Shown here: positions 9,599 to 17,136 of the stretch, one piece after another
Layout: each line of letters begins with the position of its first letter
How positions within the stretch are numbered: position 1 is the first letter of the stretch
Source of the DNA: Gemmatimonadota bacterium
Lineage (GTDB): Bacteria; Gemmatimonadota; Gemmatimonadetes; JACCXV01; JAHWKZ01
Reading direction: 5' to 3'
Length of the DNA: 35,787 bases
Assembly: GCA_035698825.1 (NCBI GenBank)
Contig: DASSBK010000221.1
Coordinates: 1-35,787, forward strand
Position numbers and translations under genes: made by a program
Notes under the pieces: model-generated
Databases searched by the model: none
The model's input: the letters and a program-made list of their open reading frames with translations, nothing else
What the model was told of the DNA's origin: nothing

Positions 9599-10564
9599 TT
9601 GCAGTACCGGAGGCTGGGACGATCCGGAGTCCGGCTGAGCGCGGTGGGGCTCGGCTCGTGGCTCACGTACGGAGGCTCGGTCGAGGAGGCCGTGGCACGG
9701 CGCTGCATCGAGCGGGCGCTCGAGCTCGGCGTGAACTTCATCGACACGGCGAACGTGTATGACCGCGGCAGGGCGGAGGAAGTCGTGGGGCGCGCCCTGT
9801 CGGCGTATCCCCGCGAATCGTTCGTGCTCGCCACCAAGGTGTACTTCCCGATGGGCGAGGGCCCGAACGACAGGGGGCTGTCGAGAAAGCACGTCTTCGA
9901 GCAGTGCCACCGGTCGCTGCGCCGGCTGGGGGTCGACTACATCGACCTGTATCAGTGCCACCGCTGGGACGCGGAAACGCCGCTGGAGGAGACCTGCGGG
10001 ATCATGGACGACCTGTCCCGCCAGGGGAAGATCCTGTACTGGGGAGTCTCCGAGTGGTCGGCGGCGCAGATCCGCGAAGCGGTCGAGCTGTGCCGGGAGC
10101 GCGGATGGAGATCCCCGTCCAGCAACCAGCCGGAATACAACGCGCTCCAGCGTGCGATCGAACGTGAGGTCCTGCCGACTACGCGCGAGCTCGGCATGGG
10201 GAACGTCGTCTGGTCACCCCTCGCCCAGGGGATCCTGACCGGGAAATACCGCTCGCTCGCCGACGTCCCGGAAGGGAGCCGCGCGGCCGGGCCGCAGAGC
10301 GGATTCATGCGCCGATACTGGCGCGCCGAGGTTCTGGAGGCCGTAGGTCGTCTGGCTCCGCTGGCGGAGAAGTCCGGATGCTCGATGTCCCAGCTGGCGC
10401 TGGCCTGGTGCCTGAGACGTCCCGAGGTGACGAGCGTCATCGTCGGGGCGACGTCCACCCGGCACGTGGACGACAACGTGGCCGCGGCGGACAGGGAGAT
10501 CGATCCCGCCGTGCTCGAGGAGATGAGCCGCATTCTGGACCCCGTTCTGGCGCCCACCATCTGA
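9599..10564 (+). CDS. Aldo/keto reductase (Kv-beta-like subfamily)
   Basis: Motifs LGLGSWLTYG-like, FIDTANVY, LATKVYF, DYIDLYQCH, GVSEW, WSPLAQGILTGKY. TTG start with strong SD GAGGAGG. Confidence 0.92.
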   Translation: MQYRRLGRSGVRLSAVGLGSWLTYGGSVEEAVARRCIERALELGVNFIDTANVYDRGRAEEVVGRALSAYPRESFVLATKVYFPMGEGPNDRGLSRKHVFEQCHRSLRRLGVDYIDLYQCHRWDAETPLEETCGIMDDLSRQGKILYWGVSEWSAAQIREAVELCRERGWRSPSSNQPEYNALQRAIEREVLPTTRELGMGNVVWSPLAQGILTGKYRSLADVPEGSRAAGPQSGFMRRYWRAEVLEAVGRLAPLAEKSGCSMSQLALAWCLRRPEVTSVIVGATSTRHVDDNVAAADREIDPAVLEEMSRILDPVLAPTI

Positions 10565-10644
10565 TCCGCGGGCTGGAAACGGGAGGGCCGCCGGGGTACC
10601 CTAGGAACGTGCCCCGCCTCGATGCCAGACGCGCGGTTCCGAGG

Positions 10645-11157
10645 ATGCGCCCGGAAGCGGCTTCGGGCGCGGCGCTTCTCGCCCTCGCGCTCGCCTGCGG
10701 CTCGGAAGACCTCGCGCCGACCGTGCCGGAAGGGCCGGAGAGCCCGCAACCGATCGTGGGCCGGATCGGCGAGCTGGCCTTCTCCGCCGAGCTCCTCCAG
10801 CCCTCGTGGGATCGCCTCGTGGGGCGGATTACGCTGACCAATCCGACCGGCGCGCCGGTCGCGCTCCGGTTTCCCGATACCTGCGTCGTGCTCCTCCGCC
10901 TCTACCGTCTGGTCGACGAGCAGCGCGTCGTCGACGCCCACAGCAAGCGGTGTCAGCCGCTGCCGATCGACGTCACCCTGGGTCCCGGCGAGTCGCGCAC
11001 GTTCGAGACGAACGTGACGTTCTTCTTCGTTTTGGGAAACGAAATCCCCGAGGGGCGATACCGCGCGACCCTGTACCTGCGCCCCGATGGCTCCGGCGAG
11101 ATCGAGGTCGGCGTCGGGCTGCCGCGCCTCATCCGGCCGGACGAGGAGCAGGCGTGA
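10645..11157 (+). CDS. Putative lipoprotein with Ig-like domain (BsuPI-like pattern)
   Basis: Lipobox LALA-C and the pattern ITLTNPT..PV.L.F...TLGPGES. Alternative GTG start at 10609. Confidence 0.6.
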   Translation: MRPEAASGAALLALALACGSEDLAPTVPEGPESPQPIVGRIGELAFSAELLQPSWDRLVGRITLTNPTGAPVALRFPDTCVVLLRLYRLVDEQRVVDAHSKRCQPLPIDVTLGPGESRTFETNVTFFFVLGNEIPEGRYRATLYLRPDGSGEIEVGVGLPRLIRPDEEQA

Positions 11158-11984
11158 GGCCACGGCTCCTGGTCCCGAGCGCGGCGCTCTGCGCGATTCT
11201 CGCGCACGCCGTTGCTGCCTCCGGCCAGGACGTGGCGGTTCCGGGTCCCGAGACCGAGATCGTCGATCTCACGTATTCCTTCGGGCAGTCCACCCTCTAC
11301 TGGCCCACCGCGGAGCCCTTCGTGCTGGAGGTCGTGAGCGAGGGCGAGACGGAGTCGGGGTGGTACGCGGCGAAGTCCTTCTGCGCGGCGGAGCACGGAG
11401 GCACCCACCTCGACGCGCCGATCCACTTCGCCGAGGGCGGGCGCACGTCGGCCGAGATCCCGCTCGAGGACCTGATCGGAGACGCGGTCGTGATCGACGT
11501 GAGCGCGGCCGCGGCCGCCGACCGGGATCTCGAGATCGGAGTGGACGCTCTCGAGGCCTGGGAGTCCATGAACGGGGCGATCCCTGCGCGCGCGATTGTC
11601 CTCCTGCGAACGGGATGGGGCGAGCGCTGGCCCGACGCGGAGCGCTACCTGGGGACCGCGGCGCGGGGTCAGGAGGCCGTGGCCGACCTCCATTTCCCGG
11701 GTCTCTCGGGGGAAGGCGCCGCCCTCCTCGTCGAGCGGGGGGTCCGGGCGGTGGGAATCGACACCGCCTCGATCGATCGCGGTCAGTCGACGGAGTTTCG
11801 CGCGCACCGCGTCCTCGCCGCCGCGAACGTGCCCATCTTCGAGAACGTGGCGAATCTCGACCGCGTGGTCCTGCGCGGCGCCACCGTCGTCGCCCTGCCG
11901 ATGAAGATCGAGGCCGGCACGGGCGGGCCGCTTCGGATCGTCGCGCTCCAGCCCCTCTTTCTCCCCGGCGCTCCCGGTGAGTGA
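11154..11984 (+). CDS. Cyclase-family (kynurenine formamidase-like) metal-dependent hydrolase, likely exported
   Basis: Motifs HGGTHLDAPIHF, LLRTGW, HFPG, VGIDTASID, ENVANL, GTGGPLR. GTGA overlap with the upstream gene and a signal-like N-terminus. Confidence 0.85.
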   Translation: MRPRLLVPSAALCAILAHAVAASGQDVAVPGPETEIVDLTYSFGQSTLYWPTAEPFVLEVVSEGETESGWYAAKSFCAAEHGGTHLDAPIHFAEGGRTSAEIPLEDLIGDAVVIDVSAAAAADRDLEIGVDALEAWESMNGAIPARAIVLLRTGWGERWPDAERYLGTAARGQEAVADLHFPGLSGEGAALLVERGVRAVGIDTASIDRGQSTEFRAHRVLAAANVPIFENVANLDRVVLRGATVVALPMKIEAGTGGPLRIVALQPLFLPGAPGE

Positions 11985-12228
11985 CTCCGGCGGCGTCGTC
12001 GAACGCCGCATGGCGGGGCTCACCGTCCGGATCGATCGCCTCCTCTGCGTGGGCTTCGGAGACTGTATCGACGAGGATCCCGAGTCCTTCGAGCTGGACG
12101 GCGAGGGCGTGGCGGCCTTCCGCGATGCGGGCGGGGTCGACCGCGAGCGGATCGTGCGCGCCTGCGCCGCATGCCCGGTGGACGCCCTCACCGTCCTCGA
12201 CGGGGATGGAAGGCAGCTGGCGCCGTGA
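11977..12228 (+). CDS. Single-cluster ferredoxin, probably [3Fe-4S]
   Basis: IDRLLCVGFGDC...P..F.L...CAACPVDAL; overlaps both neighbouring genes. Confidence 0.8.
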   Translation: MSDSGGVVERRMAGLTVRIDRLLCVGFGDCIDEDPESFELDGEGVAAFRDAGGVDRERIVRACAACPVDALTVLDGDGRQLAP

Positions 12229-13118
12229 GCGGAGGATCCGAGCGCCGCCGGATCCGGACCTACCACGAGGTCGCCGATCCCGGAGCCGAATCGGTCGTCG
12301 GCCAGGTGGTCGAACAGCGTCGGCGGCTCCGGGAGCGGCTGGCGGGAGTGGGCCGGCTGGTCGCGGTCGGGAGCGGAAAGGGGGGCGTCGGGAAGAGCGC
12401 GATCAGCGCGAACGTCGCCGCGGCGCTGGCCGCGAGCGGCCGGGCGGTCGGCGCCCTGGACGCCGACCTGGACGGACCGTCGCTGGCGCGGATGCTGGGC
12501 GCCCGGGGCGGTCTGGCGCGCGGCGACAGCGGATTCCGGCCGGCGAGGGGGGCGGCCGGCGTCGGCGTCGTGTCGATGGATCTCCTGGTCGCGGAGGGCG
12601 CCCCCGTTCGGTGGCGCGGACCGGAGGAGCACCGGTTCGCGTGGCAGAGCGTGATCGAGACGGGAGCGCTCCGCGAGTTCCTGTCCGACGTCGAGTGGGG
12701 CGCGCTCGACGTCCTCGTCCTGGACCTGCCGCCCGGCACGGAAAAGCTCGCGCGCCTGATCGATCTCGTGGGATCCCCCGACGCCGTCCTCATCGTGACG
12801 ACTCCGTCCGAGGCCGCCCGCCACGTCGTGGCGAAGAGCGCGCGATTCCTCGAGGACGCCGGAGTCCGGGAAGTGGGGCTGGTGGCGAACATGGCGACCT
12901 GGAGCTGCCCGCACTGCGGCGTGGCCGAGCCCCTCTTCGCCGCCGACGGCGCCCGCCGGCTGGCGCGGGATTCCGGCCTCGAGCTCTGGGCCGAGGTGCC
13001 GTTCGACCCCCGGATCGCGGCCGACACCGACGAAGGCATGCCGATCGTGCTGAGTGCGCCCGAGCGCCCGGCGGCGCGCTCGCTCGCGGCGCTCGCCGAG
13101 CGGGTGGCGGCGCCGTGA
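12225..13118 (+). CDS. Mrp/NBP35 (ApbC-like) P-loop ATPase, Fe-S cluster carrier
   Basis: Motifs SGKGGVGKS, DADLDGPS, WGALDVLVLDLPPGT, VTTP and NM..CPHC. GTGA overlap start. Confidence 0.87.
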   Translation: MSGGSERRRIRTYHEVADPGAESVVGQVVEQRRRLRERLAGVGRLVAVGSGKGGVGKSAISANVAAALAASGRAVGALDADLDGPSLARMLGARGGLARGDSGFRPARGAAGVGVVSMDLLVAEGAPVRWRGPEEHRFAWQSVIETGALREFLSDVEWGALDVLVLDLPPGTEKLARLIDLVGSPDAVLIVTTPSEAARHVVAKSARFLEDAGVREVGLVANMATWSCPHCGVAEPLFAADGARRLARDSGLELWAEVPFDPRIAADTDEGMPIVLSAPERPAARSLAALAERVAAP

Positions 13119-13564
13119 AATTTCTCTGCATCGGGTGCGACGCGGTGATGGATTACGTGGAGCGGCGGCTCCCCGGAGACGGGACGATGGCCGTCGTCTA
13201 CGCCTGTCCGGCCTGCGGCAAGGAGACCGCGATGCTCGCCAACCCGATGGAGACGCGCCTCGTCAGCGGCCTGGGGATCGAAGTGGGCGGCAGGAGCGTG
13301 CCGCCCGAGCCGCTCGAGCTCGTGCGGTCCTCCGTCGAGGGGCTCGAGGAGCGGGCCGAGGGAGTCGCCGAAGCGGCGCCTCCACGTCCGGGCGGGGTGC
13401 GCTGGAGCGAGGACGCGCGGGAGCGGCTCATGGCGGTGCCCTCGTTCGTCCGGGGGATGGTCAAGCGGATCTACGGCGAGTACGCGGCCGAGCGCGGCAT
13501 CGAGGAGATCACGCCGGAGATCATGGATCGCGCCCGCTCCGAGCTGGGACTGGAGGGGATGTAG
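13115..13564 (+). CDS. Zn-ribbon (CxxC...CxxC) protein with C-terminal PCP_red-like (BchB C-terminal-like) module
   Basis: VKFLCIGC...YACPAC, then VRWSEDARERLMAVPSFVRGMVKRIYGEYAAERGIEEITPEIMDRAR. GTGA overlap with mrp. Confidence 0.78.
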   Translation: MKFLCIGCDAVMDYVERRLPGDGTMAVVYACPACGKETAMLANPMETRLVSGLGIEVGGRSVPPEPLELVRSSVEGLEERAEGVAEAAPPRPGGVRWSEDARERLMAVPSFVRGMVKRIYGEYAAERGIEEITPEIMDRARSELGLEGM

Positions 13565-13582
13565 CGCGCGGGTGGAAGTCGT

Positions 13583-13611
13583 TTGACACGTTCCCCCACC
13601 GTTTTTATATA
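13583..13611 (+). promoter_or_regulatory. Possible sigma70-type promoter for the USP-to-cox transcription unit
   Basis: Perfect TTGACA at 13583-13588 and an AT-rich TTTATATA about 16-17 bp downstream in otherwise GC-rich DNA. The -10 element is imperfect. Confidence 0.45.
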
Positions 13612-13670
13612 GGGGCGTCGCACAGGCAGGAACCGCCCTTGCAGTCGATTTCCCTTCGAAATCGGGTGGC

Positions 13671-15764
13671 ATGTATCGAGAGATCCTCGTACCGGTGGAC
13701 AACTCCGAGCACTCCGACTGGGCCGTCGACCGCGCGATCGAGATCTGCCGCCGCTCGGGCGGCCGCGTCACCGGCAACCACGTCTACGCCGCCCGCCTCC
13801 ACGACGTCCGCTTCCGCCAGCTCGAGACCGGCCTCCCCGCACAGTTCCAGACCCCCGACGAGATCAAGCGCCAGCGGAAGATCCACGACAAGCTGATCGA
13901 GAAGGGCCTGCAGCTGATCTCCGACAGCTTCCTCGACCAGGTCGAGAAGCGCTGCGCGGCCGTGGGGGTGCCGGTGACGCGGCAACTCCTCGAGGGGATC
14001 AACTACGAGGAGCTGGTGCGCGAGGCGAACCGGGGCGAGGGCCGGCTTCCGAGCCTGATCGGCTTCGACCCCAACATCGCCGACAAGTACGACGGTGGCG
14101 CCACGGTGCGCGGCGACGTGCGCCTGGGGGAGGACGGCAGGATCATCGCCGAGGAAGAGGACGCCGACGAGAAGCTCGCGGGCAGCTCGGGCAGGAGCTA
14201 CGACCTGGTGGCGATCGGGGCGCACGGCCTCGGCAGGCAGCCCCTGAGCCAGCTGGGCGGGGTGGTGGCGCGCGCGATCCGAGGCATCGAGAAGGACGTC
14301 CTGATCGTGCGGGACGACCGCCCGCTCGAAGGCGGTCGCTTCCTCGTCTGCGTGGACGGCTCGGCCTACTGCTACAAGGCGATGCGCGTGGCGCTGGAGA
14401 TGGCGCGGGAATTCGGCGCGAAGCTCTACGTGGCGAGCGCGTTCGACGTCGAATACCACCACGTCGTCTTTCACAACATCAAGGACGTCCTCTCGGTCCA
14501 GGCCTCGAAGGTGTTCAAGTTCGAGGAGCAGGAGGAGCTCCACAACAACATCATCGACAAGGGCCTCCTGCGGCTCTGTCAGGCGAACCTCAAGCGCGCC
14601 GAGGTCATGGCCGCTGAGTATCCCGACATCGCGATCGAGACGCAGATCCTGATCGGCAAGCCGTTCCAGGTCGTCCTCCAGTGGGCGGAGGAGATCGAGC
14701 CCTCCCTGCTCGTGGTCGCGCGCCACGGGAGCCATCGCATCGACGGGACGGATCTGGGGTCCCAGGCGGACAACCTGAGCCGCATCGCGACGGTGAACAC
14801 GCTGCTGGTAGGCACCACCGCGGTCCATCCCGAGGAGATCCCGTGGATCGAGGAGGACGGCGAGACGGGCCTCGAGTGGTCGCCGGACGCCGAGGTCCGG
14901 ATCCTGCGGGTTCCGCCGTTCGCGCTCGGCATCGCGCGCAAGGCCGTCGAGGAGTACGTGCTGGAGCGGTACGGCGCCGCGGTCGGCGCTGGAGCCGGCG
15001 GGAACGGAAACGGCAACGGAACCGTGCCTGCCGACGGGAACGGGCACGCGCCGTCGAACGGGGACGGAAGACCGCGCGGCCTGCCGACCGTCACCGGCGA
15101 GCGGCTGGACGAGGCGATCCAGAAGCTCCTGCCGACCCACATGCAGCTCATCATGGGAATCGGCACGGCCGAGGAGCTCGCGCTGGCCGAGATCAAGGCC
15201 GAGGAGGCGATGAAGCGGACGCTCGTCGAGGGCAGCGACGTGGACGACGCTCCCGCGGTGCGCATGGTGACGGCGAAGTGTCCGTACACGGGGCACGTGC
15301 AGGAGCGGGAGTGGACGGAGAAGGACCCGGTCGTGTGGACGGGAGAAGCGTTCGAGCGACTGCGTCTGGTGCCGCTCATCGCGCGGCCGCTGGCCCGGAA
15401 CACGGTCGAGCGCTTCGCCCGCGATCACGCCATGTGGCGGATCACGACCCGGGTGATGGACGAGAACAAGCAGGCGATGATCGAGGCCGACGAGTTCGAC
15501 GTCGACACGATGCTGGTGATGTTCAAGGAGCTCCAGACCAAACAGCTCAGGGCCGCCGCGGAGGGCGTGGACGGACTGACGCCCGAGATGCGCCGATTCA
15601 TCGACGAGGCGAAGGCCGCCGGCGTCACTCGCTGCCCCATCCGGGACATCGAGAAGCAGATCGACAAGTGCCCGGTCGATTTCAAGGCCGCCACGCCCGC
15701 CGAGGCCAAGGCGGCCGTCGAGGCCTTCCTGAATTCCGCCGCAGCCGCGGAGGACGCCCCATAG
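13671..15764 (+). CDS. Tandem universal stress protein (USP) domain protein with two PCP_red-like modules and three Cys-Pro motifs
   Basis: USP motifs ILVPVDNSEHS...DLVAIGAHG...DVLIVR and FLVCVDGS...LLVVARHG...LGSQA. PCP_red-like LEWSPDAE..RVPPF and VVWTGEAFERLRLVP. Motifs KCPY, RCPI and KCPVDF. Confidence 0.8.
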   Translation: MYREILVPVDNSEHSDWAVDRAIEICRRSGGRVTGNHVYAARLHDVRFRQLETGLPAQFQTPDEIKRQRKIHDKLIEKGLQLISDSFLDQVEKRCAAVGVPVTRQLLEGINYEELVREANRGEGRLPSLIGFDPNIADKYDGGATVRGDVRLGEDGRIIAEEEDADEKLAGSSGRSYDLVAIGAHGLGRQPLSQLGGVVARAIRGIEKDVLIVRDDRPLEGGRFLVCVDGSAYCYKAMRVALEMAREFGAKLYVASAFDVEYHHVVFHNIKDVLSVQASKVFKFEEQEELHNNIIDKGLLRLCQANLKRAEVMAAEYPDIAIETQILIGKPFQVVLQWAEEIEPSLLVVARHGSHRIDGTDLGSQADNLSRIATVNTLLVGTTAVHPEEIPWIEEDGETGLEWSPDAEVRILRVPPFALGIARKAVEEYVLERYGAAVGAGAGGNGNGNGTVPADGNGHAPSNGDGRPRGLPTVTGERLDEAIQKLLPTHMQLIMGIGTAEELALAEIKAEEAMKRTLVEGSDVDDAPAVRMVTAKCPYTGHVQEREWTEKDPVVWTGEAFERLRLVPLIARPLARNTVERFARDHAMWRITTRVMDENKQAMIEADEFDVDTMLVMFKELQTKQLRAAAEGVDGLTPEMRRFIDEAKAAGVTRCPIRDIEKQIDKCPVDFKAATPAEAKAAVEAFLNSAAAAEDAP

Positions 15765-15765
15765 G

Positions 15766-17136
15766 GTGAGCGCGACACCGCCATTCGGGGCCGTGTCGGC
15801 GGATCGGGCCGCGCCGCGCAGGGACTGGGAAACGGACGTCGCGGTGCGCGCGGCGGGACCGGAGTTCGTGCCGCACGTCGTCGCCTGGAACCTGACCCGC
15901 CGCTGCAACCTCGAGTGCGCTCACTGCTACATCGCGGCGGGCGCCTGGCACGCCGCCGCGGAGGAGATGTCGACCGCGGACTGCCTGAGGGTCGTGGACG
16001 AGATCCTCGCGGTGAGCCCCGCCCCGATGCTGATCCTGAGCGGCGGTGAGCCCTTGCTTCGCGACGACCTGGAGACGATCGCCCGGCGGGCCGCCGACGG
16101 GGGCGCGACGGTGGTCGTGGGAACGAACGGCACGCGCCTCACGCCGGCCCGCATCGACTCGCTGAAGGCGGCGGGCGTCCGTGGCGTGGCGGTCTCGATC
16201 GACAGCCTCGACGGCGATTACCACGACCGCTTCCGCCACGGTGCCGGATCGCTGGACGAAACGCTGGCCGCGATCGAGCGGCTGCGCGAGGCGCGGCTCG
16301 ATTTCGTGGTCCAGACCACCGTGACGCGCGGCAACCGCCACGAGATCGCGCGCCTCGTGGCCTGGGCGGCGGAGAAGGGCGCGGTCTCGTTCAACTGCTA
16401 CTTCGTTGTGGCCACCGGTCGCGCGTCCGGGATGCGCGGGCTCTCGCCTCGCGAGAACGACGAGGTCCTGGCCGAGCTGGTGGCGCTGGGGAAGGCGTAT
16501 CGGGGCCGGATGATGGTGCGCTCGAAGTGCCAGCCCCAGATCATGCGCCACGCGTATGCCGGCGATCCGGAATCGGGACTCCTCGACTACGCCACGCGTT
16601 GCCCGTGCGGCGTTCAGTACTGCCGCATCACGCCCGACGGAAAGGTCACGCCCTGCCCCTACATGCCGGTCGAGGCCGGAGATCTGGCGAGCGCGAGCTT
16701 CGGAGAGATCTGGCGCGAGTCGCGGGTCTTCCGCGAGCTCCGCGCGACGGAGCTCGGCGGACGCTGCGGACGATGCGAGTTCCGGATCGTGTGCGGGGGC
16801 TGCCGGGCGCGCGCCTACGCGGAGGAGGGGGACTGGCTGGCGGAGGACCCCGCCTGCTCGTACGAGCCGACCGGACGGGTCCCGGTCGTGGAGCCGCGGC
16901 TCGTGGCCCATGGCGCGCCGGCGGAGCGGACGCTTGCGTGGAGCGCGGCGGCCCGGGAGCGGATGGGCCGCGTCCCCGGCTTCGTGCGCGCCGTCGTGAC
17001 CGCCCGCGTGGAGAAATACGCCGCGGAACGGGGATACCCAATCGTCACCGAAGACGTGATCGACGAGGTGCGCTCGGCGCTGCCGATCGACTTCGCCAAG
17101 AGGAAGCCGTTCTTCCTCGGGAAGGACCCGTCGTGA
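15766..17136 (+). CDS. Radical SAM/SPASM protein of the NirJ/AhbC/AhbD type with C-terminal PCP_red-like module
   Basis: VAWNLTRRCNLECAHCY, SGGEPLLRDD, GTNG, SIDS; SPASM CPCG..YC..PCP...CGRCEFRIVCGGCRARA...DPAC; tail LAWSAAARERMGRVPGFVR. Confidence 0.85.
   Translation: MSATPPFGAVSADRAAPRRDWETDVAVRAAGPEFVPHVVAWNLTRRCNLECAHCYIAAGAWHAAAEEMSTADCLRVVDEILAVSPAPMLILSGGEPLLRDDLETIARRAADGGATVVVGTNGTRLTPARIDSLKAAGVRGVAVSIDSLDGDYHDRFRHGAGSLDETLAAIERLREARLDFVVQTTVTRGNRHEIARLVAWAAEKGAVSFNCYFVVATGRASGMRGLSPRENDEVLAELVALGKAYRGRMMVRSKCQPQIMRHAYAGDPESGLLDYATRCPCGVQYCRITPDGKVTPCPYMPVEAGDLASASFGEIWRESRVFRELRATELGGRCGRCEFRIVCGGCRARAYAEEGDWLAEDPACSYEPTGRVPVVEPRLVAHGAPAERTLAWSAAARERMGRVPGFVRAVVTARVEKYAAERGYPIVTEDVIDEVRSALPIDFAKRKPFFLGKDPS

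Noticed and set aside
13115-17136. Photosynthesis or bacteriochlorophyll genes implied by the BchB-like modules
   Set aside because: Only the short C-terminal module is present. No bchL/N/B catalytic domains or puf genes are in the window.
15766-17136. RiPP biosynthetic cluster around the SPASM radical SAM enzyme
   Set aside because: No precursor peptide, PqqD/RRE domain or transporter is evident, and the motifs and context fit tetrapyrrole-modifying NirJ/Ahb enzymes better.
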